A stretch of 64,000 bases of DNA, taken from assembly GCA_977020255.1 (NCBI GenBank), contig CDROCS010000152.1, positions 868,001-932,000 of the forward strand, in the 5' to 3' direction. Position numbers and translations under genes: made by a program. The notes under the pieces are model-generated. The model was not told the DNA's origin. It searched no databases and saw only the letters and a program-made list of their open reading frames with translations. Positions 50,501 through 59,719 of the stretch are shown piece by piece (the first letter of the stretch is position 1; each line of letters begins with the position of its first letter). This stretch comes from Obrimoposthia wandeli. Taxonomy: Eukaryota.

Positions 50501-51511
50501 TCGTTTTTTTCTATCAAACACGATTTCAAATTCTTTAATTATTTTTAATTTCGTTTTCAAATTACAAATCTTCATCTCGTTAGTTACTTTCTTCAATTTC
50601 TATATCAGAGGTTTTTTTATTTATTCGCACTAATACTATTTGTATGTTATAATCTTTGAGCTTTAAAATATCTTTAGAAATTTAGAAATTAACTATTGTA
50701 AGTCTCGTGTATTGAAACTAATATAAAAGAAAATGTTTAAAGTTTTGATTCTCTCAAAAAAATAACGAAAGAAAAATTGAATATTTTTTAAAATCTTTTA
50801 AATTCGCGCTGTTCGAAATTTTTTCGCGCAAAACGATTTTTTGGGTGGTAAATACTAAACTGCGCTTAACTGTTCGAGCAACTACTGTATACCCATGGCC
50901 TAATATTTGAACACTTTAAAATATTATATTTCCTAACATTATTCGATAAGAATTTTTAATTTTTTAAATTCTCGATTGAATTCCTTGCATATTTTTATAT
51001 TAATAAAATATTTATCATTTCTTTATACGTTCTTCATGTATCCATCAGACTTCTTGCAACAGTTTTTTTAAACTTAAACATCATGACTTAAAGGTACAAT
51101 ATGTATAGATTCGTTTCAATAATTAAAAAATATTATTCAAACAAAGTTGACTTTGATTAATAGTTGTACATTTGTAAATAATTTTAAATATATATACGGT
51201 TAAATAAAGTGTCAACAATTTCGGCCATGGACCCTTTATGGGCAGGATAATTCACAAGAAACTGATAACCTACCCAACTGTTGTTGTTGCTGCTGTTGGG
51301 GGAAATGCTCGTCTTGGAATAGCTGGATGATGTACTCCAGCTTCAGATCCTTAACAAGATTACCCAAGTTGAAGGGTGGCGTGATCTCCTCGTCCATGCA
51401 GTAGGTGAAGTTGTGGGAGAGATGGGAATATTGACTACTGCTGCTGCTGGCGATGAAGATGTACGAGGAGGCCACAAGACTCAGCCAGAAGACGGTCCAC
51501 AACTCACACAT
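5351..51511 (-). CDS. Protocadherin gene (7 EC repeats, delta-like), spliced CDS span: join 51274-51511, 47981-48621, 45492-47238, 31587-31831, 31465-31520, 13773-13942, 5351-5580
   Basis: All seven segments have GT/AG ends with matching phases (1,0,1,0,2,1). Summed length is 3327 nt = 1109 codons with no internal stop. Cadherin motifs PEN/E, DxD, DRE/DYE and DxNDNxP recur; a TM helix follows EC7. Confidence 0.85.
6734..6839. repeat. Perfect 53-bp tandem duplication
   Basis: attatacagaagttcttattactgttattaagataattttattgaatgaatat x2 (6734-6786, 6787-6839). Confidence 0.95.
7060..7790 (+). mobile_element. Decayed, internally deleted mariner element
   Basis: WVTRQLSD..RRVDRCENLL (cf. WVPRxLT) and EDNARPNQ..KHPTYSPD motifs. 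Confidence 0.75.
8040..8390 (-). mobile_element. Tc1/Tc3-like transposase remnant
   Basis: FEEKRFNIDGLYGF (cf. FSDEKKFNLDGPDG) and FLRDNAPAD..KGWF. Confidence 0.6.
8400..9650 (-). mobile_element. ITm-superfamily DD37E transposon, near full length but pseudogenized
   Basis: ATG at 9521, HTH region (GISRQTVYDVLNRF), IMDDESYF, FLPDFA, then 37 residues to the E of NPPNVWQLRPIEDFWG. Stops and frameshifts are present. Confidence 0.85.
10245..11580 (+). mobile_element. LTR-like segment with internal minisatellite and PBS-like end
   Basis: Starts TGTTAG; purine-rich promoter-like block; strong donor GAG|gtgagt near 10550; ends ..ctaca/ctca followed by TGGGGGCCTCC (PBS-like). No TSD or partner LTR found. 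Confidence 0.45.
10621..10830. repeat. 30-bp minisatellite, 7 copies
   Basis: Consensus aattcggaactacagatattcaaattagca, contiguous, each copy with a few substitutions. Confidence 0.95.
11720..12500 (-). mobile_element. Tc1/Tc3-like transposase remnant
   Basis: Minus-strand ENHLKFAEDH, FTLNGPDKY, GGTILI*GMF, and a C-terminal block resembling NLWG.L...VY..LV.SMP.R; heavily decayed. Confidence 0.65.
13773..13942 (-). CDS. Protocadherin cytoplasmic exon 6
   Basis: GC-rich island; acceptor gcatttag|T (phase 2); LKGCDFWKQLIGHTHDCIAPP...HHLAT; donor ACAG|gtgata (phase 1). Confidence 0.75.
14110..14400 (-). mobile_element. Tc1/mariner-superfamily N-terminal HTH remnant
   Basis: KFNMQPPPVGTLLDWRYRF and PTSQRRVSQEVGLSVSYVNKVLH resemble the paired HTH of maT/DD41D-type transposases. 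Confidence 0.6.
15911..16495 (+). mobile_element. Internally deleted hAT (Charlie-like) element
   Basis: RIDDITGTLRSQLK..FENYSFAINESTEVHDSTQLAV (cf. LDESTD..DTAQLA). Imperfect TIRs caagcaagtcgaa / gtttgacatgcttg; TSD not conserved. Confidence 0.65.
17780..18000 (-). mobile_element. Tc1/mariner-superfamily C-terminal remnant
   Basis: GIVTEQVYRDIIENKYHMKRLILE resembles LWG.LK..VY....I..LK..I. Confidence 0.45.
18856..19603 (+). mobile_element. Solo-LTR-like segment (BEL/Pao-style)
   Basis: TGTAAC...GATTACA termini, AATAAA, internal gtaagt and ctaacctgtag splice-like signals. Flanks do not form a TSD. Confidence 0.45.
22274..22412 (+). repeat. Direct repeat copy 1 (pairs with 25161-25277)
   Basis: ttttgggagatagac..aaaattttact(g/a)gacatcgtgactggcctcctacaaaaaattcgacaggtcattattttt..atgttaacgtttt..aaatattgaaa; the core differs by one base between copies. 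Confidence 0.92.
23000..23351 (+). pseudogene. MyRIP/melanophilin-like Rab-effector N-terminal exon (Rab-binding, FYVE-type zinc finger), pseudogenized
   Basis: MSST..LHIRNLSEAELEIVQVIQRDFELK..FCVICFRRFWPLIIPKR*CYSCQHYMCRK..FVC aligns with LDLSGLTDDE..QVVQRDFNLR..CxxC..F.FL...RQCxxC...C motifs. TAA at 23150 and 23261; ends in donor AAAG|gttagt. Confidence 0.82.
24331..24622 (+). pseudogene. Homocysteine S-methyltransferase N-terminal fragment, pseudogenized
   Basis: MLSKILKLNGG..EGHSCWSS*LL..EIHIRFIAAGADVITTLS*QA..ISEANELM matches the family pattern ILDGG..D.LWSA..L..H..F..AGAD.I.TNTYQA. Stops at 24433 and 24520; frameshift in the A-run at 24547-24552. Confidence 0.8.
24631..25008 (+). pseudogene. 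C-terminal fragment of an unidentified single-pass membrane protein
   Basis: One frame gives an S/T-rich stalk (QNSTQFPSSTTTSS), a hydrophobic helix ITLIVTLLLCVC*IILTIF broken by TGA at 24784, and a basic tail ARKRLRRKPR running to TAA at 25008. Confidence 0.5.
25161..25277 (+). repeat. Direct repeat copy 2 (pairs with 22274-22412)
   Basis: Same sequence as copy 1, lacking a T-rich expansion. Confidence 0.92.
27831..28758 (-). mobile_element. Non-autonomous Tc1-like element with TIRs and TA TSD
   Basis: TA|CACCTATTGTAA(c/a)TTAGTAA at the left and its inverse ..TTACAATAGGTG|TA at the right; internal ORF 28061-28462 carries LPPYSPFLNPIETVFSKVK. Confidence 0.85.
31465..31520 (-). CDS. Protocadherin cytoplasmic exon 5 (56 nt)
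   Basis: Follows a 66-nt intron with a CTAAC branch point and ttttaaatag acceptor; RVHARICQRPHIELKRLT; donor AAG|gtaatg. Supplies exactly the phase 0 to 2 link needed between exons 4 and 6. Confidence 0.72.
31587..31831 (-). CDS. Protocadherin cytoplasmic exon 4
   Basis: GC-rich island; acceptor gtgtttcag|GC (phase 1); open frame SQDRLDSSNGSNKLRRHKLRHY...SNDNY; donor TAC|gttagt (phase 0); 245 nt. Confidence 0.8.
32230..33010 (+). mobile_element. LTR-like fragment
   Basis: Purine-rich block with TATAAAA, AATAAA, ends ..CCTTACA; no coding motif; left boundary unclear. Confidence 0.35.
36533..36594 (-). CDS. Candidate alternative short-tail protocadherin exon (HSSNKKKLRRRKERHCSDFD*)
   Basis: Acceptor ttgcttaatttgcag|AT in phase 1, compatible with the exon-3 donor; peptide resembles the start of exon 4. 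Confidence 0.35.
36650..37095 (+). mobile_element. LTR-like fragment
   Basis: GC-elevated island with TATAAAA at 36773, ATTAAA and a terminal ..GCCACA; no TSD found. Confidence 0.35.
39647..39928 (-). mobile_element. Tc1 HTH remnant
   Basis: VARKPMTSKKDLVQ..LIKNKPF resembles the Tc1 pattern V.KNPRTT.KDL...RKKPLL. Confidence 0.5.
40880..41900 (-). mobile_element. Tigger/pogo transposase remnant (DDE_1)
   Basis: LNTDEIVLY, EGDHKIPM, KALIIMANAPGHP (cf. LL.DNAPGHP), STIDQGII (cf. QPMDQGII). Confidence 0.75.
42490..42720 (+). mobile_element. L2/CR1-type LINE 3' fragment (second copy of 57875-58060)
   Basis: ccatcaga(t/a)ttatattcaaattaaagaaaagtgccag..gcaacgatgatgac is shared with the 57.9-kb copy. 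Confidence 0.7.
43605..43855 (+). rRNA. 18S rRNA fragment (3' region), pseudogenic insertion
   Basis: gagcaataacagg..gtgat.ccctta.atgtccggggccgcacgc.cgctacaatggcag..cttgcgctgattacgtccctgccctttgta(a)acaccgcccgtcgctactaccgatt. About 250 bp only, with substitutions at normally invariant positions. Confidence 0.95.
44560..44990 (-). mobile_element. Tc1 (DD34E-like) transposase remnant
   Basis: HDDARIC, YEIKYLPIY, FLNSFEMVFSQVKSKI across frameshifts; similar to the 28-kb element. Confidence 0.65.
45492..47238 (-). CDS. Protocadherin coding exon 3: EC3-EC7 and transmembrane helix
   Basis: 585-aa track ORF with five cadherin repeats and TM LFGFSLLGFFIISAVSIFVLLLY. Acceptor ttccatccag|GTG; consensus donor AATC|gtaagt (phase 1) just after the TM. 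Confidence 0.96.
47981..48621 (-). CDS. Protocadherin coding exon 2: rest of EC1 and EC2
   Basis: Acceptor cccaacag|AT (phase 1), in frame with track ORF 47915-48547 (DRDRLC, DLNDNAPRF, LPED, LDRE); donor ATACAG|gtgatt (phase 0). Confidence 0.92.
50209..50887 (-). mobile_element. Tigger 5' fragment with TIR and CENP-B-type HTH
   Basis: TA|CAGTAGTTGCTCGAACAGTTAAGCGC terminus at 50887; ORF EKLLSIWIEDQNQK..FQPNKGWFDHFKRCQNLHYIKLTGEAA. Confidence 0.85.
51274..51511 (-). CDS. Protocadherin coding exon 1: signal peptide and start of EC1
   Basis: ATG at 51511; MCELWTVFWLSLVASSYIFIA hydrophobic leader; EEITPPFNLGNL is a typical EC1 start; phase-1 donor TTGG|gtaggt. Confidence 0.88.
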
Positions 51512-51830
51512 TTACAGGTGACCATACAGAAAGTTGAACAGCTCGTCTGTTCAAAAACATACGCAGTTAACCTCTCAAATAAACAAAACATAAGCATATT
51601 CCCTAGATATGGCGTTGGATTATTTTCCATGCTACATATACTAATATATATTTTCCACAAATCAACAAATCAAAAGTACTTAACAGGTGCGTCGTAAGGT
51701 TGTTATTATTGGAACTGCGGAATTAATCATGTAAAAAAGAGTCGATAATGCCTACTGCCGCCAGTCTCGATTCTTTCTCCGATACAAGCTCATTGGTCAC
51801 TGATGTCAAGTACAACTAAGTACACGAAAG

Positions 51831-51848
51831 TGCAAATACTATTTGCAT
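51831..51848. promoter_or_regulatory. Palindrome containing an octamer (POU-type) site upstream of the protocadherin ATG
   Basis: TGCAAATA-C-TATTTGCA perfect inverted repeat with ATTTGCAT at 51841-51848, about 320 bp upstream of the ATG. Function not shown. Confidence 0.3.
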
Positions 51849-52249
51849 TTCTATAACTACAGCGCATTTACTACAAATGACGGAAACTAAGCATATTCAT
51901 TGTAAGAGGCAATCTTTTTTGCTCATGTCTAATTTAATTTTAACGCTGGTTGTGAGGCTTATGCACAAAGGCTTTATTATCTATTTCATACTATGTTGAC
52001 CTTTCTCTAAATTTCCGTGTATAATCCGCGGGATATTAAAAAAAGACGATTATTTTCAAAAGTAATTGAAATGCACTAAACATAGAAATGTATTCAAAAA
52101 ATATATTAAAATAGTTAATAAAAAATTAATTTATTCAAGTTCAACACTCTTCTCTAAAATTATCCAACATTTAAAAAATGACTCAGGCAATACATCAAAC
52201 ATTAGAACATTAATCCACCAATATATTATCAACATTGGCATAAATAACA

Positions 52250-53210
52250 CAACCCTTTTTAAATCCGTTGATAGCACGTTTGCTAAATATTGAGTTAATA
52301 TAATTTACACAATCATCTAACAAATTATTCAATACTTGGCTATTTTCATATTGCCTGTTTTTATATTGGAACAATGCCCATTTACCAACCACTTCTCCAT
52401 TTCCTTTTTTATTTAAGACACTTGTTAACCGAAAAATCCAGTGATTGAAGCAATTTCGTCATACCACCTAGATTTAGAGCAATATAAGATAATACCTGCT
52501 CCTTGTCATTCACAGACTATCAAATGTGCTGGCGCAAAATCTAAAATTAAAACAGATTTGGGTTTGAAAACGATGCAGATCACATGTTCTTAACCTCTCA
52601 TATCCATTTCTCTGACATCTTCAATTACCCAACACTTTACATTTGGATCGACGACTATTCCTAGTGGTTAATTCTTTTGGAATAGTCTACCGCTCAAACA
52701 TTATCATGTTGGGAAGTTTATTCCCGTCTGCAGGGGCACAAATAAAACAGCAAAATTGTTTATTTTGATTGCGTTGAGATTTTAACATAATTTTTGCCAA
52801 TGACTCAATAGTATAATTAGTAAGTATGTAGAAGTTCACAGGCATCTCATGCATACGTTCTCGTTTTCATAAATGTTACAAGATTCAAACTTTTTTCCAG
52901 TGATCCGATCGTTTCTGGTCGGTTGTTGTCACTGCACGTAGTGGGAGTGTTATTTCGTTGCATTAAATTAGAGCACCACTATGTCAGTTAAAACTATAAT
53001 AAGTCAATTCTTTGATAATAACGTGAGCTTTTAACACTCTTTCTAGTTGTGGCCGCCTTGGGTCAACTCCTCGCTGTGGCGGATTTGGAGGATTTCGAAC
53101 CTTTAACAGATATTTCTGGATTCTCCCTTGTTTGAGGCTTTTTGTCATTGACGCCATTAAACCTTGAAAATGTTGTGATACCACAAACCTTGGCATATTC
53201 AACTATCTTC
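52250..53210 (-). mobile_element. pogo-type transposase remnant
   Basis: RGVDPRRPQLERVLKAHV (cf. RWP.LE..L..WV) and GGMTKLLQSLDFSVNKCLK (cf. GGLT..LQPLDVSVNK.FK). Confidence 0.7.
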
Positions 53211-53419
53211 AGTTTCTCTTCGACCGTACACGAACTTCATATTTCAAGATTAATAAAAAATATTTTAAAACTAATTTGAAATAAAACGTAATAATTAGTA
53301 TATGCCCTATTGAAAGGATTTGTTCATTTTTTTTAAAAGAAAGGTCTAATTTAACAAAATGTGTGTCTATTTTAACAACAAATGTACAAATGTAAGAATA
53401 GAATGAATTTACAATTACA

Positions 53420-54206
53420 AGTCCTTCAAAAAGAATCACCATCCGCGGCTACATATCTTGTTTATCATAGATGCCGTTAGCGAAGAAGCGTTCATTTTTA
53501 CTCTTCAAACAGTCATTTATAGAATCAACCACTCCATTGCGATTTGTGAAATTTGAGCCTGGGGAGTGTGCTTACAGTGTAGAGAAGGGATAATAATCCC
53601 TAGGAGCAAAGTCAGGAGAATACGAAGGATGGGGCATAAAAGGAAAGTTTATTTGTTGCAACATCTTAGAAGTGGTTCTGGCATTACGATGACGAGCATT
53701 GTCCTGTAATAGCTACATGCCATGATTTTCTGAATTTAGAGATCGTGTTATCTATGCTTGAATTCTGTTCTTCAACCCATCTACAAGATAAGTAATTTAT
53801 GCCGATCTTCTTTATGTGGTCCTATGTCGTATACTGACTTCTACTCATATCAGCTGCTATTTTCACGCTACTTGCTGTAGGAGAGATTTTTCCATTAATC
53901 CTTTATTCCAGTATCGATATATTCACCTAAACTCGGTCTTCCACTTCTTTCTTTCTCATCGAAATCAAAAATTTCCTTCGTTAAACTGTACAATCCATCG
54001 TCTACAAGTTCTTTATTTCAGTGTCTTGTCCACCTGTTTTGTTTATTTCCCTACTCAATTGTGCTCCATTCAGCTTCCTCGTTCCGCAGTAAAACATGAT
54101 CATTCTAACATTTTATTTCATTTCTATTTTTACAAATAGACGTTCCTCTTACTATATGAGAGTGAAACAACGACTGAAAATTAATGAATACATCAATCAA
54201 TACCTG
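53420..54206 (-). mobile_element. Internally deleted mariner (DD34D)
   Basis: TA|CAGGTATTGATTGATG terminus; CRRWIVQFNEGNFDFDEKERSGRP; LLQDNARHR..PHPSYSPDFAPRD with a 34-residue D-D spacing. Confidence 0.85.
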
Positions 54207-55135
54207 TATCCATAGATTGTATACACCAAAGACAACAGTTAAAAAATGTTAATGAGCTCAGCTGTATGTTGTGTTGAAAATGGTTTTTTTGTGATTCGAG
54301 GATGGTGACACACAAGCAATTAATAAATCAGTATAGACTATATGAAGCTTAGAAGACCAGAGAAGCATCTTTAAGACAATGAAACATTTGATTCGAAAGA
54401 TGCTGCCAGTGCAATTCGTTGAGAGTAATGTCATTTTTTCCTCGACGCTCTTCATTTATCACCATTTATATGAAATTTATAATACGTAAATTATATTGTT
54501 TGGACAGTATAAATCTCATATACTTTCAAACAATGTCTCGTATTGTATCAACATTTAAAAAAATCATAATCCCATCAAAAATATGTTGTTTCAAGCCTGA
54601 TAAAATTTTATGAAAGCACATAGATAGATACTGGTTAAATATTATACTCTCTCAAGGCTTTTCGGTGCGGGCTAAAACTAAGTCTGTATTATGACAACTA
54701 CAACAAAAACTTATCGAATTATCGAAAATATTGCAAATTATAAATTATTTTGAGTGAAGTAGTTCTTAAATTTTTTAAAGAATATAAATTAAAATTAATT
54801 TAGAAAGAAATTGCGAAAAAAATTAAATAATTTCAATAAATAATGCAATATAATAAATATAATATGTAAAAAACAAATAAATAAATGCACTAAATAATCT
54901 TTTAATATTTAAATTAAAATTGTTTTAATACTTTTAACGTTTTTATATGAATGTTATAAAAGTGTTTAATTGTATATTGTAATTTAACAATTTTATTTAC
55001 ATTTTCCATGATTAAACTAAATATAATTGGAAATATATAATTCAAGTATCTAGTTATTAATTAAATTAGCAAATTAAAATAGTAAATAGAAAACGTTTAA
55101 AGAATGTCATGTTATTTATTTTAATATACATACAT

Positions 55136-56366
55136 TCCTAGCCTACCATAGAAACAATATAGATACAATCCTTAATTTTTTCATATAACTACATAATTAT
55201 ATATAGGTAAAAACTATATACTTTATTTTAATGTGTTACTTTTGTTTATATTTTTAGTGGCCCATTTTCAGATTTATGATAAATCAAGTGGAATACAGGA
55301 GTGTTATCAAGTTCTTTTGTTTTGCAAGGACTAAACGCAACTGAAATAAATAATGATTCTCCATGTTATGCTACTGTGAAAACGTGGGTCAAGTATTTTA
55401 AAAATGGTCTCACTTCTGTGTTTGATGATGAAAGAACGGGAAGACCTCAAGAGATTCCAGATCAAGTTAAGGAAAAATTAATTAAGATCGTGAATGATGA
55501 ACGCAGAATCTCTTTCAAAATGCTGTCCATTCGTCTTAATACCAGTGTGGGAAGCCTTCACACAATGGGGAAAGATGTGGGTATTCGAAACCTGTGTTCT
55601 AGATTTGTGCCCAAGTTTTTGACTGGCGAAATGATGAATCGTCGATTGGAGTGCTGTGTAGAAAATTTGCAACTTTGTGAACAGTGGGGTGACCGTTTCC
55701 TAAGTAGTATTGTAACAACTGATTACACAAAGCTTTCTATGTACTCGCCCGAATCTCGTCGTGAATCCAAGGAATGGAAGTTTCCAAATGAGAAGCCGTC
55801 AAACAAAATGAGATCGGGAACCATTCATCGAAAAGAAACAATGCTGACAATGTTTTGGGACACAAAGGGTGTTATAAAACTAGATTTCACTGAGAAAGAC
55901 AGCACTATCAATGCAGCATACTACAGTAATCTTGTAACAACTACTAGACAGAACAGACTCAAATCACGAAACACACCTTTATGGCTATTGCAGGATAATG
56001 CGCCAGTGCACACTGCAAACCTCGCAGGACAGACAATTCTGGAGATGGCTTTTCTCTACTGAATCATCTACCCTATAGCCCAGACCTCGCACCTAATGAC
56101 TTCTACATGTTCCGGCATCTTAAGAAGCATTTGACAGCATAGATGATTTGATCAACAATGTTCGTGATTTTTTCAATAAATGTAAGCCTGGTTTCTTTGA
56201 AAAAGCTTTTCGGGAGCTAATCATACGCTGGAAAAAATTTGTTGACAAAAATGGATCATATGTCGATAAAGAGACTATATATAGTTACATGTTGTTGTAA
56301 AATAAAAATATATTTGGTTACTTTCTTTTTTCTACGGTAGGCTAGGGACTTATTGAATGTACCACG
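55136..56366 (+). mobile_element. Mariner element, near full length, frameshifted
   Basis: 253-aa ORF 55301-56062 (FDDERTGRP, RFVPKFL, IVTTD, WLLQDNAPVH) continuing after a frameshift into HLPYSPDLAPNDFYMF. Right TIR ..ggtaggctagggacttattgaatgtaccacg|TA; partial left TIR cctagcctaccatagaaa. Confidence 0.92.
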
Positions 56367-57349
56367 TACTTTTAAATTTTGTTAAAGACCTTTTACAAAT
56401 TTTAGATTATCTAAAGAAAATTAAAAAAAAGTATTTCATATTTTAACTACATTTTTATATTCTGATTAGTTAACTTAATATTTATTAATATTTATTATAG
56501 TATTTCATATTTTAAAAATTTACACCTATTAGCGTTTAAATATTTTTTTAATTGGGCTATAAAAATTTAATTTGCACAATGACAAAAGAAAAAATTCGAT
56601 ATTAATTAGGCGTATTCATATTAGGTGAGAATAATTTTGCATTTAGTTTTCATTATTTAATTTATATAATTAATTAATTTCAGTTAACTTTCATTTTATT
56701 TTAATTGAAAACCAACAACGAATAGTTTTATAACTTGTTGAACATTTTTCAATGTAAGTGCAAGCGGCCAGTTCTATATTAGACGTATAAGTTCTTGGCT
56801 TGCGAATAGCCAAACATTCTCTTGGGGAAATAGTTAATTTTACAATTCTGAATCAGTCACACAAAGTAGTATTTTGTTTCTTAATGCGCTATTAAAATTT
56901 CTTTTGATTTTTGAGATCTCATATTGGGTTGTATCAAAATGATAATTTATAAAATCATACAAATATGAAAAATTATAAAAGATATAATCATTAATTATGA
57001 AATGTACTTTAATGTATAGTGTGATTCAGCAAATGCTTAATTACAGTATGTGGGTTCGATAAGAGGTCTATGTTTATGAATCTACTATATTGTGATTTGT
57101 TAGTTGCATGTATGTTTAGCCAAGTGACCGTTATTGAAGTTATAATTGCACAAGCGTCGTATTAAAATAATTATACCATCTTGACAGTGATTAATCACTA
57201 TGTGCGAAGTATTATAAATAAATTAAAGAAGCATAATGTTTGGTCTAAGTGATTCTGAAATTTTAAAGAGAATAAGATGAAGGTCTTAAGTTATTTTCAA
57301 ATATGTAATTCATCTACGAAATAATGATATTTTTGTATTGAAAGTTGTC

Positions 57350-58060
57350 AGATCCATTTTCAAAAAATCAATGCTAAATTGTACAATGAATTGCATCTTC
57401 AATTATATTTTTGATTTATACTTCGTCACTGTAAGTAATTATTAAGAACTCTAATATTCATTTCCGCCTTTATGCTGATGACACACAACTTTATCTTGAT
57501 TTGACTCTAATGACTATGAAATCATCTTTCGAAATGGAAATTATTATTAATGCATGAAAGAAAGACGATTGAAGATGAATTTAAATGTAAACCATCTAAA
57601 AGTAAAAAGAAGTTTCACACATGTCAATGGAAATATTGTTCATTTAAAAGTACAATAAATAACATTGACTATGTTCTCGATGAAAATATTGCACTAAAAT
57701 GTCAAATTAAAAAAGTAATAAGAACACGTAACAAACATATCAAAAATATTTATCAAATAAGAACATATTTTACTACTGAGGTAACTACGATGCTAACGAG
57801 ACCTGATTTTCAAACTTTTTATTGTTTAATATTCCAGCTTATCAATTAAATCACTTGCAAAAGTTTTAAACAAAGCCATCAGAATTATATTCAAATTAAA
57901 GAAAAGTGCCAGTGCAAGTGAACATTTAGGTAAGGTTAATTGGCTACCAGTCAATGCCAGAATTGGAGTCAATTTCAAAAATATGTATATGGTCTTCTCG
58001 GGCATGGAGCAGTGAACATGTGTATGCATAGAAGCAACGATGATGACTGCAGATTGGTTA
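57350..58060 (+). mobile_element. L2/CR1-type LINE reverse-transcriptase 3' fragment
   Basis: FRLYADDTQLY (YADD at 57471-57482), NIDYVLDENIALKCQIKKV..IYQIRTYF, RIIFKLKK..EHLGKVNWLPVNARI. Confidence 0.85.
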
Positions 58061-59719
58061 AAAATTATCAAATAACACACAGAGTGATGGAGTATTTGAT
58101 ATTAATGCTCTTCACAACAATTTATGGATGATTATTAGAAACTTTAACAATGTTGAAAAATTCAAGAAGCAGCTGAAGATTTTACTATTTAGAAAATAAT
58201 ACGAAGAATAATGGAAAACAGGAAGCGCATTTGAGTAATAAATCATAGATATTATTGTTATGGCAAATATTTTATAGCTATTGTTATTGATTAGGATAAT
58301 TTTCATTAATGTCAACTAACAATTTACATTAATTTCAGTATATTTCTTTGAGGGTTTTGTTACATGTCTTTGGTATGTTTTACCGGGGTATCCATGTAAC
58401 ACTGCAAATGCTCATATATATTGATAAATTGGTTTGCTTATAATTTAATTTCTACTGAGAAAGTTTCCTATTAATTTAAATGTACCATTATAATACGATA
58501 ACGTGTCCAAGTACGTTCGTACAATTAAACTAAAACATTTACGACTGAATTTCTGTTTGGAAAAGGTCAATTAGCAAATTGCTTAAAGTACCTTCTAGAC
58601 GCCACCCACGGGGCAGTTAGATATTCTCGTTCTACTTCACTTCAGTTTAAATAATAGAAATCATGTTTCTATACAGCACATGGAAGTTTCCATTGTTTGT
58701 TTTTTCTGTACCACAGTTAATGTTTTATGCTCTTCTCGTCGTCCAACTAAATCAACCTACAAGGCAAATTATCGAATGTAGAAATCACACATTTTTCTAT
58801 TTAGAAATGAACTTATTTTCTCCTCAAACAAATTGATTAGCAAAATATTTCTTGCTGATTTTAAAACATGCTTATACATTTATAAATTAAACAAATAAAA
58901 CTTAATTTTTGAAATTGTAGGAAATAAATACTATTAAATACCTAATGAAAATTTCTTGAGAATTATTACCACCTTAGTACATATTTCTATATCTTTTTCA
59001 CACTTTACTTAACACAAAAGTGACTTCATTATGTGGATTTATTTTTATTTTAAATTGTTTTTAAGTACATAAATTTATAACACATTAGCAGCGTAACATT
59101 TGATCAATATTATTATGTATAAGTTCAATATCTCCGGTACTGCCTTTGGGGAGCTATTATACACTGTTTCCCTATTTTTATAACATTTTCAAAATAATAT
59201 GAAGATTTATAATTTCTACTTTTATGAATATCCTTGTTAAAACAAAACTATTTATAAGAACATAAGAAACGTAAATGAAATAAGTTTTTAGTTAGCTTTA
59301 AACAGCAAAATATTTTTTCTATACCTTTCGTAAAATAAAAAATTGCATATTTATATTCTGTATGAGAAAGAATATATAGTTTTAATAATTTTCACACTTA
59401 TATTTGTAGGCATATCGAAGAACATAGGCATCTCATCAATATTGCCTATGTGATTTAGATCGACTTTTACATCATAAATATAACATAACATAAGTCATAA
59501 GCCATAACTTTTTATTTTAACTTTCTAAAATCGATTTACATTAATTCAAAATTATGAAATTCAAACTTTTCTTTATCAATGATTTAAAATTTAAATTTAA
59601 AATCCTTGGTAATAAATTTTCAAACTTTTAAATACTTTTGTCATATGCATTAAAAATAATTAAAATAATTAATAATGCCTTTATTGTCTGGGACATTAAT
59701 AAGAGTCGATCCTAAACAT

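Noticed and set aside
58570-58780. hAT dimerization-domain remnant
   Set aside because: A single weak motif (YLTAPWVASRRYF) is insufficient to list as a feature.
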